DNA of 64,000 nt from Flectonema sp. DT1601 (Eukaryota), in assembly GCA_964019425.1 (NCBI GenBank), contig OZ025793.1:124001-188000 (forward strand), given 5' to 3'. Below are positions 43,501 through 55,400 of the stretch, one piece after another. Position 1 is the stretch's first letter. Every line of letters begins with the position of its first letter. The notes under the pieces were generated by a model that was given only the letters and a program-made list of their open reading frames with translations, was not told the origin of the DNA and ran no database searches. The position numbers were made by a program, and so were the translations under genes.

Positions 43501-44238
43501 ATAGTCGTCATTGTCTTCGGTGATTTCGCAGAGTTTTTTACGAGCTCGACGGCGTTTTACTTTTCCAACAGACGTGTCTGAGTCTTCGGCAGTCTCTGGA
43601 GAGCAAACTAATTGTGATTGTGATGTGAGTTGAGGGTCAAGTAGTTCCTCATCAACGTCATCAGTTGACTTGTTTATAATTGAAGTCATTGCTACTTTTA
43701 ATATATTATTATTACTTGATGTTGAGGGTCCTAAGGCTACAGCTAACCTGGCTTTGGCTATTCGCTGTTGACGCTTTTCTGTTTTGATTATATCCTGACA
43801 CGAACTAAGATGTTCCTGAGCTGTAGCTAACTTATCTGATTCTCCCATTAGTTCATAAAGTATCGATAGCTCTTCCCACGATGAGTGATGTAGTTTGGCA
43901 GCGTTTAAAGCTGATCCCGTGTGTGTTGACAAGGTTGACTTCTCAGTACCAAGCTCTTGAATCATATTTATACATTGATCAGTGAATTCAGTCTCATCAC
44001 GTTTATAGTAGTATTGAGCTGTAACTCCACATCTTGTTATGAAGGTTGTTAGTTTTTTACCAATCTCCTTTTCAAGTGAGATGTCAACGCCTCCTCCTCC
44101 TTCAAATTTCTTTTTCTTTAACGTCAGTTCCTTCTCAAGCAGTTCGATTAGTCGAACGTCTTTTGTGATGTCTCCCGTTGGTTCGAGTAGCTTTCTCTTT
44201 TTAGCAGTTTTTTCTTGCTTGTCAATTTTAACTGACAT
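40540..44238 (-). CDS. Ankyrin repeat protein
   Basis: More than 12 ankyrin repeats (QTPLHWAAKAGH, GRTPLHICCLRG, GETPLHRAV, NTPLHLACSGG, GYTPLLYAV); disordered termini. Confidence 0.93.
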   Translation of the reverse strand: MSVKIDKQEKTAKKRKLLEPTGDITKDVRLIELLEKELTLKKKKFEGGGGVDISLEKEIGKKLTTFITRCGVTAQYYYKRDETEFTDQCINMIQELGTEKSTLSTHTGSALNAAKLHHSSWEELSILYELMGESDKLATAQEHLSSCQDIIKTEKRQQRIAKARLAVALGPSTSSNNNILKVAMTSIINKSTDDVDEELLDPQLTSQSQLVCSPETAEDSDTSVGKVKRRRARKKLCEITEDNDDYLNQTVPHTEDSFLNETIPTIDQSEVATTEDTADPTTRKKRQKRLAEIRAANSTSLGSPVIESLLSVDCIEGEDEQKRVVTPQMLQHLTFPSSPQESHSKSPTAVLGPQLPPSMLLDAEKGEQHVLQGFDYLRGNGVPTVVPTAEWSTSKFKEITSAVVKGREAHFRMLTKNCKQHLTQHMIDRWLRAAATSGSSSLVKRLVTDFNASVSLADPVHQQTPLHWAAKAGHHLIISQLISLGADTEINKIDNNGRTPLHICCLRGDVDGANILLNVSTILVQIQDNLGNTPLQYATYNCMSDIEGVLVRHGALSNMYGIAESDNTLRFLEACKRGHQDVALLLSCHTGVDLATSDMTTHCTPLHYTCINILERVAARLLLSGISSDPINSLGQTPLHIAASKSLSLTLLLLANGSEPAVEDVHGNTTIHYACKGRKCEIASVLLNRSPKLRNHRNHGGETPLHRAVFESMYDFVTTLITKGANLNARDTTKNTPLHLACSGGESACAATLIHAGAALDLKNHSGYTPLLYAVSNRMSDVAIQLLVHGCNVNCVDKSGYGAMHYACANSLGAVCTELLKNPLLNVTARANNGITVLHFAAASNLKSVVETLLVRGCHVHALDHRKNTPLHFSCLHQCPDTSEYLISIGANPHTLNSSKKSPLDYALLASSDAPLTSMVAAKVNYSNQYKMKFHKKKETCDPIIESKDQPSVSGGEQQAAISLEEHNKISGSQNSSESLSRAAIRDEDESPEQDSPPPNVNSDCSPHTKSICQNSAESLSRAAIRDEDESPEQDNVNSDCSPHTKSICQNSAESLSRAAIRDEDESPEQDSPPPNVNSDCSPHTKSICQSSVELVHDTRSEEVIPDPRQRSDKVLSAPSGEYKPIAKPDCNVKSAFRPRSAEIASPRKLSAVPRNNSVILGHRPASAGFQGQRQSRPLSFHSLPPSSGSQKASVMRIPSLMSDENISDNVINLPLDGNIVENDLEEEEEDI
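40969..41320 (-). repeat. Intragenic tandem repeat (three copies of ~120/105/120 nt) in the ankyrin protein C-terminus
   Basis: Peptide QNS(S/A)ESLSRAAIRDEDESPEQD(SPPP)NVNSDCSPHTKSIC occurs three times; the middle copy has an in-frame deletion. Confidence 0.9.
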
Positions 44239-44533
44239 TTCTTTTTTTTTTTTTTTTTCAAAATTCTGTTTTAAAAAAAAAAAAGGGGGGGGGTAAATTA
44301 AAAAAAAAATTTAATCTAAATAATGAATCACAGTATATTATTGTTTTTTTAAAATCTAAATGTTGTTGTTGTTGTTGTTGTTTTTTTTTTTTTTTTCTAA
44401 CTACAAGGTTCGGGGGAGGCTATTCTAAGCCAATTACACCACACATTTATTATTATTTTTTTTTTTTTTTTAATTTCGGTTAACGCACGAAACAAAGCTA
44501 AAAGCGTGAGCAAAAAAAAAGAAAAGAAAAAAA

Positions 44534-44671
44534 AAACCATTCAGATCAGCCTTATATATTATGTCGTTGAACGCAGACAGAATCCTGTCGCACGCGGAGG
44601 AAAATAAATCATATATGACCATCAGAAATAACGGCTTTCAATCTGAATAGTTTCTTCTCCGACTATGTCGG
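44534..44671 (-). other. Structured dispersed element, copy 2 (paralog of 33021-33139)
   Basis: Same terminal inverted repeat, CAGCCTTATAT, GCAGACAG and TTCTTCTCCGAC blocks; perfect hairpin CCGAC-TAT-GTCGG. Confidence 0.75.
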
Positions 44672-44747
44672 TATAAAAAAAAAAGTGAAGTTGGCCGATT
44701 TTATTTTTTTTTCCATTTGTGAAATTAATAAGAAAAAGTGAATTAAA

Positions 44748-47717
44748 TTATTTTATGTCGACCGACTGCATGCTATTAATCATCCTCATTTGATCTCCCG
44801 TATTGGTTGGTGTGTTTGAGGGTGTTCTGAAGTTAGAATATTTAGGAAAGGAACCCCACCTGGCAGTATTAGTCACCCCCGTTATATCCGACAGAACTGT
44901 TCTATTAGACGATGGCATGCTGAGAGCAGAGAAGTCAGAAACAGCAGTTCCAGAAGCAGACCCAGTTGATGATATCGATGCTCTGATTTGTTGAAAGTCT
45001 TTAAAAATCCCAACAAGACCACCATCTCCGTTATCAGAAGTTGAGGACTGTCTTGTTGGAACTGCTTTAGGAGTCTCAGAAAGTTTCTTATTCAACCAAC
45101 GACTTCGACGTTGACAGTCACGCGCACGTTCCTTCTCAACATCATCATCAGTAGTTGACTTACAGCTGACCATCGAACTGGAGATGCTAACACAATCAGC
45201 AACTGAACAATCAGCACTTTCATCTTTTACTGAAGGTTGTGTTTCTGTAGTTCCGTAGACTTCTTTAAAGGCTTTCGTATAGCTGTCAAACAGTGATACC
45301 TTTACAGGTGTGGCAGCAGGTAACCTACCTCCAGGAGACACTGCTGGAGCCATCTCACTTGGTGAGACACAAACAACTTTCCGATCTTTATTTATGGAAG
45401 GAACTTCATAACTGATTCCTGGTGATTGGAATTGTTGAGGTCGTACTTGTCGATGTGTGTGTCGATCTTGTGGTATTATTACTTCCCTTTTAGCTGGAGT
45501 GTAATTCATAACCAAATCACTAACAACATTAGCATCCAACTGCTGAAGAGGTCGATTATTCTTTGCTGGAGTTCCTACCGTTGTGGTAGTTCTTTGGTAC
45601 GGCTGATGATTTACATTTTCAACAACTCTTTCTCTCTGAGAGAATCCATTTATCGTGACAATTGGACTTCCTATTGGAGTTTGTTTCTCAATAGTTCTGT
45701 GTACCTGAGAGTGACTACTAACATCTATGTGAGAATCTCTGTAGCTATTTGGTTGATAAGTTTGATCAATAAGCTGAGCATGACCTAACCCAACAGGACC
45801 TCTTACCTGTTGTGTGAGTTGTGCAGTAGGACTTTGTGAATGATGTTGATGATGTGACTTTAACTCAACTCCATGTTGGTAATTATGGTGAGTACTCATC
45901 AGAGCAACACGATTACCATTTAGTACAGTACACTGATCATGATGTCCTTTAGTAATAGTGTTGATTGATTGTTTTTGATTAAAGGGTTCGACATCCGTCA
46001 CAACTGGTTCTTCTTTAACACGCAAACCCTTCAGCTGTCGATGAATTTGAACAATATCAGTTCCACAGTCTTTGAGAATTGAATTACTTCCTATTGAAGT
46101 GTTGTAATGATTGAGATGTTCATCAATTGAATTAAATAATTTACGAGTACCTGGAGTACAAGCAATATGATCACCAACAACTCTTTGAACAGCACTCCGA
46201 CTACGAACTGGTGACAGAAACGGAACAACACTCGAGACCTGAACATCACTAACAACTTGTTTTGATCTCTGAGGGAATTGAAGGTACTGAACTTCATCAC
46301 CAGTTCTCAAGGTGTTAAACTGATGAATAGTATCACTAGCAGGAGGTGGATTCATTTCTTTATTGTCAAAAGAACTGATTACTGTTGGTACTTTATAAAC
46401 ATGTTGTTGTGACTCAACAGGTACCATTCCTGTTTGATTATAAGTAATTGAGATCCCTTCATTAATACGTTTTGTTGTTTGAATTATTGGATTGTGACTA
46501 ACAGTGATAGCAGACGTAGGCTGAGGCTGTTCATCTCTTTCTGTAGTCAGAAGGACAGTATTGTAGTCGTGTGTGGTAGATAAAGGAATGTCTTTTCTAT
46601 CTATTATCGTTTTCGAACTGTTAGCAGCTTCCAGTTCCGCATTGCGTGCAGCCTGCGTTGGGTAACAGCGATCACCAGACAAGTTAAATCCGTTTTCACG
46701 CAGCTGATAGTTTTCAGTATTCACAGTTTGCTTCCCCAACTCCGTAATGTGTACCGCCTGCACCATGGGATCGTAGTGTTGAGCATTGACAGAATTAAAT
46801 TTATTTTCTTGTAATTCAATGTCGCTCACAGCTGGTGGATGGATTTCTATTTCTTCCTCTGACTGTGGTAATGCCGTGTTTTGAATAACTGGTATTGTTT
46901 GCTTAATCATCACAGCATTCGCTGAACGGTTCGTAACTTCCTCCAAGGCCCTCGTGTTATAATTGTGAGAAGTCATGTGACATCCTTCCTCACGTAATTT
47001 TATATTAACATCTGAACTAATCGAAGTTTGCACTCCTTGAGTAGACTGAGAGTGATTACTATATATTGATGAGGCTGCATTGACAGGATGAGTTTTATGG
47101 TCCTGAAATTCAGTTTTTTGTATTGCAGGATTACTATCTAAAACAACAGGTTGAATGTTCTGTTGATGACGAAGTTCACTTTGTCTAACTGAGTGGTCAC
47201 TATGTCTGATAACAGAATGAGAGTAAGCAGGTTGATAGTTATTAACTGTAGATTGAAGTGGTTGATATGTTTTCGGTAACGTAGTCGTGCGAGTTAGTTC
47301 AAGTCCATAATTTTGAATATACTTATCACTCGGTAAAGTTAATTGAGAATACTGATCTACTCCAACACTTTGACTGGCGCGTACTTTACTCATCAGCTGA
47401 GAAGTCGGGTCAAGACTTGAATAGCTTTCAGTTGACTTAACAGGTCGAGGCGGTGTTAGGGTCGGCTTCACTGGAACTGGAACATTATTAACTTCAATAA
47501 AATTTTCTTTTTTATTATCAGGTGGAACTGGTGACATTCTCGGAGGTCTTTGAGTATTACCATTTCCAACATCAGACGTTGATCTGTAGCCTTCCTCTAC
47601 TTCTTTTAGAAGGGATTCTAAACCTGATTTAAAATTCGCTTTCTTCCTCTTCCACTCTCCAAGTAATTCGTTGAATTCGCATTCCTGCTGTCTAACATCA
47701 GTACAAACATTCCTCAT
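44748..47717 (-). CDS. Hypothetical, largely disordered Gln/Ser/Thr/His-rich protein with N-terminal coiled coil
   Basis: 989-aa uninterrupted ORF on the cluster strand; no recognisable domain. Confidence 0.75.
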   Translation of the reverse strand: MRNVCTDVRQQECEFNELLGEWKRKKANFKSGLESLLKEVEEGYRSTSDVGNGNTQRPPRMSPVPPDNKKENFIEVNNVPVPVKPTLTPPRPVKSTESYSSLDPTSQLMSKVRASQSVGVDQYSQLTLPSDKYIQNYGLELTRTTTLPKTYQPLQSTVNNYQPAYSHSVIRHSDHSVRQSELRHQQNIQPVVLDSNPAIQKTEFQDHKTHPVNAASSIYSNHSQSTQGVQTSISSDVNIKLREEGCHMTSHNYNTRALEEVTNRSANAVMIKQTIPVIQNTALPQSEEEIEIHPPAVSDIELQENKFNSVNAQHYDPMVQAVHITELGKQTVNTENYQLRENGFNLSGDRCYPTQAARNAELEAANSSKTIIDRKDIPLSTTHDYNTVLLTTERDEQPQPTSAITVSHNPIIQTTKRINEGISITYNQTGMVPVESQQHVYKVPTVISSFDNKEMNPPPASDTIHQFNTLRTGDEVQYLQFPQRSKQVVSDVQVSSVVPFLSPVRSRSAVQRVVGDHIACTPGTRKLFNSIDEHLNHYNTSIGSNSILKDCGTDIVQIHRQLKGLRVKEEPVVTDVEPFNQKQSINTITKGHHDQCTVLNGNRVALMSTHHNYQHGVELKSHHQHHSQSPTAQLTQQVRGPVGLGHAQLIDQTYQPNSYRDSHIDVSSHSQVHRTIEKQTPIGSPIVTINGFSQRERVVENVNHQPYQRTTTTVGTPAKNNRPLQQLDANVVSDLVMNYTPAKREVIIPQDRHTHRQVRPQQFQSPGISYEVPSINKDRKVVCVSPSEMAPAVSPGGRLPAATPVKVSLFDSYTKAFKEVYGTTETQPSVKDESADCSVADCVSISSSMVSCKSTTDDDVEKERARDCQRRSRWLNKKLSETPKAVPTRQSSTSDNGDGGLVGIFKDFQQIRASISSTGSASGTAVSDFSALSMPSSNRTVLSDITGVTNTARWGSFPKYSNFRTPSNTPTNTGDQMRMINSMQSVDIK

Positions 47718-48644
47718 GACATGTTGAGGTGAGTTATATATTTCTGAAATGGAAAGGAAATGAGAAGCAACAACACATCAGAAGAGACTTAGTTTTAAGA
47801 GAGAACCCAAAGAGAGGGAGAAGAAGCAATCCATTCATTACCGTGGGCTTCCATAAGAACCCATTCGAAAACCGAAAACAAATTGAATGCAAATTTAAAC
47901 CTACAAAACCACAGAACCCGCAGCAGAGGAGTACCAGAGCATTGAGAGAACATTCCCTAGGGTATGTCAGTTTTCAGCGAGTGGAATCGTTTTTTTTTTC
48001 AGGGTTCTTTTTTTGCTATAAATTTGGTGCAAGCATGCTGCAACACGGTATTTGATGATGTCGCTTTGAGAGACAACGAAACCCGCTTGCAAGCTATCTG
48101 AAAAAAAATCTCACAATTTTCAAATTTCAAAAAAAAGAAAAATGAAAAATATCTGCTGAAAACCCAACAATGATGTTGGGAATATATACTCTCTAAGTGC
48201 TCTCATTAAGAAGAGGGAAAAACGAAATAAAAAATAAAAATTAACGTTCGCGAAATGACCGTTGTCTGAATAATGTTCTTTTGTTATCTTTTGCTTTTCT
48301 TCTTTCCTCCAAAGACAACCAATCGAAAATCAACAAAAAAAAAAAAAAAAAAAAGTTCGCTAACAACGTCAGCAACACAAAGAAACAAGAAATACAGTAA
48401 GTACCGTGAAAACACTTTATTCATAGCGTTCGTCATCTAACTATTACATATTTAATTTCAAAGTACAGCAAAGCGATCATGGAGGCGAAATACACACGTA
48501 CGATAGGAGACCCACTGCAGTCACGACTGGCAGAGGTGCCGAACTTCTGGCATTCATCCTGGGATGGTAAACTTCTTTTTTTTTTTTAAAGTTCTTTTAT
48601 TTAATCAAAAAGGAGAGAAATAAACAAATTATTAAGCAACAACA

Positions 48645-49031
48645 CTACTGACATGGAGCAGTGAAGTTGGCATCAATGCAAAGGTGAGTTAATGGAGAAC
48701 AAAGGGAAACCTTACCAGGGGCTTTACAAGTAAATCCTTCACAGAACACTCCAGGTCTCGGAAGTGAAACACAGACTCCGAATACTGGAGAGCAGTACTG
48801 GTCTGATTTGCAAACTGGTGACGGAGTGCAAGCAGCTCCAACAGAGACGCAGATCTTAGTAACTGGACAACAAGTCTCATCACTTGAACAGGCTGTGGAA
48901 TTGCTAACACACGAAGTCTTCGTTGGGGTCAAACAGTGCAGAGCATCAGGACAGCAGTACGAGTTATCCGGACAGGTGTCTCCCATAACAGAAACTACCA
49001 AAACAGTGGCGAGAATGGCAATCTTCATCAT
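48645..49031 (-). CDS. Small secreted Cys-rich repeat protein
   Basis: Signal peptide MMKIAILATVLVVSVMG; repeats C....YCCP....C, C....TCCPVTKIC, C....YCSPVFGVC and LCSPLTHLC. Confidence 0.8.
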   Translation of the reverse strand: MMKIAILATVLVVSVMGDTCPDNSYCCPDALHCLTPTKTSCVSNSTACSSDETCCPVTKICVSVGAACTPSPVCKSDQYCSPVFGVCVSLPRPGVFCEGFTCKAPGKVSLCSPLTHLCIDANFTAPCQ

Positions 49032-49289
49032 TTTTTATGAAAGGAGTTTGTGAAAGCGGAAAGAGAAGGCTGTTTGGGAAAATAACATTTTAATCAATCA
49101 CCCCACAAGTCACAAACATAAGCATCGTCACAACTTTTGTCTACCAAATAACTATTTTCATTAATCCACCTGCAAAAAAAAAAAAACATAATTAAAATCA
49201 ACACAACAACCCAATTGGAAACATAAAATACACAAGAGTATCATCTGACTGCTAGGTGGTCATTCCTCCAAACTAATTAACTAAATCAC

Positions 49290-49292
<3 letters not shown>

Positions 49293-49332
<40 letters not shown>
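49293..49332. repeat. (TTA)n microsatellite
   Basis: About 13 perfect TTA units. Confidence 0.9.
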
Positions 49333-49889
49333 CATCAGTTCAATAGAAGAGGATTTAGTGTTGATGACCAAATACCCGTAGTCGAGTAGTGAAAATAAGA
49401 TACTTAACCAAAGGAGAAAGAAAAACACTAAATGGCAGACACCCTTCAGATTTCAGGTGGAAAACAAATAATAAACAAAAAGAATTTCTAAACACAATTT
49501 TTTTTTTGTTTTTGTTTTGCTCTTTAAAACAAGTTGAGAACTTAAGGATTCAAGCTGCAAGTTTTCTTACATGCAAAATGTCCGTCGAGTTACTATTGGT
49601 GATGTTAAGTTTAAGTAGAAAATCAGACAAAGGGGGTTAAAAAAGGAGATGAGGAAAGAAAAAAGAAATCTATGGATGGAAAAATAAATCTAAATACAAC
49701 CTTGAGCAGGCGGTTAATACAAAAAGAAAAAAAAAGCTACAATAAACCTGTATCATAATCTGTACATATCCCACGGGAGTAAGCTCACAGGCTGTACAAA
49801 TACTCTGTTATTCAATTTGTTTCTAACAATAAGTAAACAAAGAATCAGAAACATATATGAAATACAATAAGCTTGAAAAAGTAAATATT

Positions 49890-49933
<44 letters not shown>

Positions 49934-50036
49934 AGCGGATATAGATCGCGAAGAGGAAGAGAAAACGATTCGACAACGGTATTAATGTATTGATGTAATT
50001 ATTAACAACAGAACATGTCAGTTCACTACTGATACT

Positions 50037-51665
50037 CTAAGGCATCACAAGGGGTAAGTCTGATAGATCAGCTGGTCCCATCTGAGCCTGTTTTAGCTTA
50101 AGATGAAGTCCAAGGATTCTCTTTAAGTCGGTAATCCGACGCTTCCGCTGTACTAATTTCGCTTCCTGAACTTTTGCTTTTACTTCTATCGCGTGCTTTT
50201 CTGATTTAGTTCGAGAGAGCTGAGCTTCAGTAGAAGTGATCATAGAGGTGAGCTGCTGCTTGGAAACTCGTTCAGTTTCTAGTTCCGTGCGAAGAGAGGC
50301 TTCAACATTGTGGCAGACAGCATTCTCTTCTAAGCGAATTGTTGATAAGTCTTGTTGTTGTTTTTGAATGACGTTATTTAAATCAGTCACTTGTTGCATT
50401 AAACTCCTCTTCTCTTCCTCTGTTATTGATAAAGCAGACTGTAACGTTTCTTCTACTACTTGTGAGTGTTTCACTTTATCCATTAATTCGTTCAACATGT
50501 TCTTAGCATCTTCCGTGGCATTCTTCTCATCTGAAGTCTGTGCAAACAATTCCCTGTATTCTCTCTCTAGCTGTGCTATGCGTCTAGTGAGGCATACCTT
50601 TTGGCCTTCATTGGCTTCATTTGTTGCAGTCAGAGCTGCACAGTCGGCAATTTTCTCATCCAAAACCATCTGCAATCGGGAATCAAATTGGTCCTTGTCC
50701 ACCAGCTTTTGTCGAAGAACATCAATTTGTTGTTGTGAAAGAGACAGCTGGTGTTGCATGGCAGACAGTTCTCTAGATTGGGTTGCTGCTACTTGTTGTG
50801 ATTGCTGAACAGCTGTTTGGTGTTGGGTGCTGGCGACGTTTGAATTTTCTAAAGCTCGTTTATTAGCGGCATCAAGTTGGATTTTGTAATCTGATATTTC
50901 TTGGATGTGTTGGACTTTAAGCCGCTTGACCATTTCTCGGAGTTCGTCTGCTGCCAATTCCATTTTACGGTTCTCTATTTCCAAGTCGTCTTGCTTTAGC
51001 TGCTCGGAGTTCGCGAGCTTCTGCTTCAGAGAAAGTATCTCAGACTCGAGGGCTTTCGTATTCTGTCTCACTGGTTGATTAGTGTAAGTATAAGATTCTT
51101 CGTTCTTTTTCAATCGTTGGTTTTGAATAGAAAGGTAAGCGATCTCATCTCGAAGCTCTTTTACAAGTTGAGCTTCATTTTGATTAGGAAGTGGTTTCGG
51201 AACAATCTCCTGCTGACTTGCAGGAGATTCCTTCTGAACACACCTGACAGTTAATGATAACCTTGTACTCTCACAAAGACAATTTGATAGTTGTAGATAA
51301 GCTGATTGTTTACTAGTTAGTTTTCCATTTTTAGGAACGTGCATTGAGAGATCCATAAAAAGCATTCCAACAGTTTCCTTAACCTGACCCTGATATCTGT
51401 TTACGTAGACTTCGAAAAGTTGTTTTTCTTTTTTAGTCTTCATTTCAGATACAGTTACCTCAGTACTAATCTCAACTTCTCCATTATTACTCGTAACTGT
51501 TGGAGTTCTTCCTGAATCAGTACCTTTACGCCAAGCAATACCATACACCCCATCAGTACTTAAACCTTTTAATGTTTGAAATCCGATAGTGAATTCGAAC
51601 TCCTCACCACTCACAGGGGAACTGCTACGGGAAGGTTCTCCCGATGGAAATGGAGTGACCGTCAT
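50037..51665 (-). CDS. NT-type C2 (EEIG1/EHBP1-like) domain protein with long coiled coil
   Basis: N-terminal beta domain FEFTIGFQTLKGL...YGIAWRKG..SGRT...VGMLFMDLS...LSLTVRC, followed by a heptad-rich Q/E/L region. Confidence 0.75.
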   Translation of the reverse strand: MTVTPFPSGEPSRSSSPVSGEEFEFTIGFQTLKGLSTDGVYGIAWRKGTDSGRTPTVTSNNGEVEISTEVTVSEMKTKKEKQLFEVYVNRYQGQVKETVGMLFMDLSMHVPKNGKLTSKQSAYLQLSNCLCESTRLSLTVRCVQKESPASQQEIVPKPLPNQNEAQLVKELRDEIAYLSIQNQRLKKNEESYTYTNQPVRQNTKALESEILSLKQKLANSEQLKQDDLEIENRKMELAADELREMVKRLKVQHIQEISDYKIQLDAANKRALENSNVASTQHQTAVQQSQQVAATQSRELSAMQHQLSLSQQQIDVLRQKLVDKDQFDSRLQMVLDEKIADCAALTATNEANEGQKVCLTRRIAQLEREYRELFAQTSDEKNATEDAKNMLNELMDKVKHSQVVEETLQSALSITEEEKRSLMQQVTDLNNVIQKQQQDLSTIRLEENAVCHNVEASLRTELETERVSKQQLTSMITSTEAQLSRTKSEKHAIEVKAKVQEAKLVQRKRRITDLKRILGLHLKLKQAQMGPADLSDLPLVMP

Positions 51666-52431
51666 AGTAGTGAGTCACCTGATTAGAAATATAAATTACT
51701 ACCAACACTTCACCTCATAAGAACTTAAAGATCGACACTAATGTTAATATAGTATGGAGTGTATGCTGTGATAAATAAAACAAAGTAGAGAACAATAACA
51801 ACAACAATAGCAGTATAAACTAACAGAATGACTGTGCGCGAAAGGCATGCAAGTTCAAGTCCGAATCAAACAGAAGATTGGAAAATAGCGACATACGATA
51901 GCGTAAGCGCCTCATCAAGCTTTGATTTGTTAACTGAATGACGTCGGTAAAGGCGGTCATGATATCATCGCTGGTGAATTTGCGAGGGGGGGGGAGTTCC
52001 GCGTTGGCAATTCACATTTTCAAGGTTCTTTATTCATTTATTTATTTTTTTTATTTTATTTTATTTTTTTTTTTTTTCCTTCTCGTTCTCCCCATGAAGC
52101 CCTTCACTAAAGTTGAAAAATCGTAAAATACTTTTAAAAGCTTCCCTAATCAATTAAAAGAGAATTCCTGCGTCGCTAACATTAAGTAAAGATCACACAG
52201 CAACAGAAACAACGAAAAAAAAATGAAGAGGGAAATAACTTGCCTATGTTGGTATAACTCTATTAAAAGCTTGTGGTTATCAGCCAGTGAGTAGCTTTCG
52301 TTATTTTGTTTTTCCCCTGCTTTGTTAAGCAAAGCCTTTCCGTTGTTTTTTTTTGTTTTGTTTTGTTTTTTTTGTGTGCTCCTAGGAGGGGAAGGGAATG
52401 ACTAAACGAGCAGGAATGGGACTTCCCACAG

Positions 52432-52467
<36 letters not shown>

Positions 52468-55400
52468 ATTTTTGAAAGATATTAAAATAGAAAGAAAAAA
52501 AATAAATAAATAAATAAACAGGTTGCCGGGTATAAAAATGAGAGAACAAAACTATTCCAACAAAAGCAACAAAGGAAACAAACGTCGAGTGAGACCTATT
52601 TAGATAAACTTTTTCAACAAACCTGCTTGCTTCGCAGTTAGACATAAAAAAAAAAAAAAAAAATATAACAAGCAACACACTGCAGGACCAGGGACAAGAA
52701 AAATAAGAAGAATTCGGGAGGGTTAAAACGAGGGTATTTTTTTTATTTTAAAAAAAATAAAATAAAAAAAAATTTAAAAAAAAGGAGTCATCACTTTCCA
52801 TGACAATTGATGCTTTTTTTTTTTGTAAAGTCAAAATAGAAAAAAAAGGGGAGAAAAACTTTTTTCCCTTTTTCCATTTTTTTTTTTTTTCCTCTCACGA
52901 TTCCAGTAATGTTGCTTCGCTTCCAACAGTCTTTTAACTAGACGACGGAAACAACGAGAAGTGTAGGCCCTGTATTCTGCCTCCCAACGTAACAATGAAA
53001 AGAAGGATAAAGAGCTTTGTCAGAGGAATTACCAGAGAGGGGGATATAATTTAATAAAAAAAAAAAAAAAGGATACTTTTTTTTTTCTCACATTTTCTAT
53101 AAAAGCATGTTGAGAATACGCAGAGTCTAACTGCAAGGAAAGAGGTCGGCACGATAAGCTACTTACGTATTTCAACAACCTTCTTTAAAAATAATATAAT
53201 TCAGCCGACACATAAAAACATATTCAAAAAATGATATAAAAACCGTAGAGAAGTTCTTTTCCAATTTCCTTTTGTGTTCCTTTAGATCAGATTACACACA
53301 GTGGGAATAAAAATAAACCGAATTCCAGGACAACCTTTGAACGAGATCACGCAAGCAGTAACCACAACAAAGCCAAGAGCAAGATAAAGCCTGTTCTCGT
53401 TTTCGTTCTCGTTTTTTTTTTTTTTTTTTTTTTTGATTTTGAGCGTGAAGTCAAGAATCCAGTGTCATAATGCACTAATTAGCTCGCAGTAATAAGCCCC
53501 CACTCTACGTATTTCCCCGGCAAGCTTACCTGAGAAATGAAAGTGAGAAACGCAAGATGGGGAAGACAGGAATCTCTTTTCTTTCTTCTCTCCTTTTTTT
53601 AACACAACAGAGACTCAACGAGGAGTAAACTTATGGAAGGAATTCAGTTAATCGTAGCACCCACCAACCACATTAAAAGAAGTTATTTATTTATTTGTTT
53701 TAGTTCTGCTTGGGCACAACAAAACCAATGAACCTCTTTTTGTCTCTATTTTCTTTTGCGCCTTGACCTTTTTTTTTTTTTTCTTCTTTTTTTTTTATTC
53801 ATTCTACCTGTCTCTTTCAAGTACGGACTGCTACTAGAACAAACGTTGCGAAATTGCTCAATATTGGGACCCGATGAGTTGGTTTAGTTAAAGTCACAGC
53901 CCCTCCATTGATTCATAAGTACCACTTTGATGGTTTTTTTATTTTAATTTTATTTTTTTTAGTTCGTTTATTTCTTTTTGTTTTTTTTTTTTTTTGTTTT
54001 TTTAAGGCACGTAACAAACGACACATCAGTTCGTGGTGTGGGTGGGGAAATTTTGTTGCAAAAAAAAAAAAAGAAAAGTAAAATAAAATAAAAATAACAT
54101 AAAATAAAACAACGGGTGAAATGGCAAAAAGAAAAGATAGGGAAGAGCACGGCTAGAAGCCCAAGGTACAGAATGCATATCCTCAAGATTGCTGGAAGCA
54201 GACGGTGGAAAGCATAGTTAAGTCAAGTCAAGTCCAAGGCTGTAATTGAAAAAGCGGTTAACACAGAAAAAAAGGAGTCGCCTGGGGATGATACTTCTGT
54301 CTGTTAAAGAAGTACAGCAAGAAGTGCACATTCGAACAATTAGCTTTTGCACTCTCCCTGTCTCTTCTTCCGACCCATAGTCAGGCAGAGTCCAAGGAGA
54401 GCACATAGATACTACAAAACCTTTGTGTCTGTAGCACAAAAAAAGAAGGGGGGGGGAAAAAAAAAAAACCAGGCGTCAAAGACGTGTGAACACCGCTCAT
54501 AGAAGAGCAAGTAATAATTGGGAATGACCCCCACAGTAAGCACTGTTGCATGTTGTCTCTAAGGCATTACCTGTAACAACACACTCTTAGAAAGATAAAC
54601 AAGAACTAATGGGACAGAAGGAACAAGGATGGACATAATTGGCTTTCAGCTATGTTATTTTTTTCTCGCAGCGCGTAAGGACAATGAGCAACAAAAAAAA
54701 AAAAAAACAATTGCGCCAAAAGCGGGAACAGAGAGGGTTAACAAGCAATATCAATTTCAGACAACGATGCGGGTCTTTTTTTTTTTTTTTTCCAATTCCG
54801 GAATTTTTATTTTTTTGTTGTTGCTTTATTTGCTTAATTATTATACCATTTGAAGTCAGACTTTCCATTTGCCGACTTCGACTAAAAATCAGTATAAAGG
54901 TAGCTTGGTTCTTTTTTTTTTTTCTATCTTTGAAAATATTCGCTCCCCCAACACGAGCGATGGAAGTGTTCCTCGCATACGCAACGGAAGCGAAAGAGCA
55001 GCAGCCAATCCACACCAGGAGGGCTAGGATAACCTCGTGTAATGGACTACTTTTGCTTTTTTTTTTTTGTTTTTTTTTTGTCATAAATCTCAAGTTATTT
55101 TTTTTTTTTTTTTTTTTGTCGTGTTACACGTGCTTTTTTTTTGATTCTTTTTTGTTCCTAAAAAAAAAGAATTCATTTTTAAGTTAGCAACAGCAGTGAA
55201 ACGGTGATCACAACTCAAACCAGCGTGATCCCCCCCTCTCCAAAGTGGCTCGTCGGATAGGTCGACACTTACTTACAATAAATAAAGACAACACGATTCG
55301 ATACCACACGAACGCAACAGAAATACAGAAAGAGAGAGTACAACACAAGCACTTCCACTACCGTTTTCGTCACTCAGACAAACGGGTACGGCCATAAAGT

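Noticed and set aside
48510..48570. Hairpins with AUGA in the 3'UTR of the small Cys-rich gene (SECIS-like)
   Set aside because: No SECIS helix II/GA quartet geometry, and the gene has no in-frame TGA.
51938..55187. Numerous short Phe/Lys-rich ORFs in intergenic DNA
   Set aside because: Artefacts of poly-A and poly-T runs.
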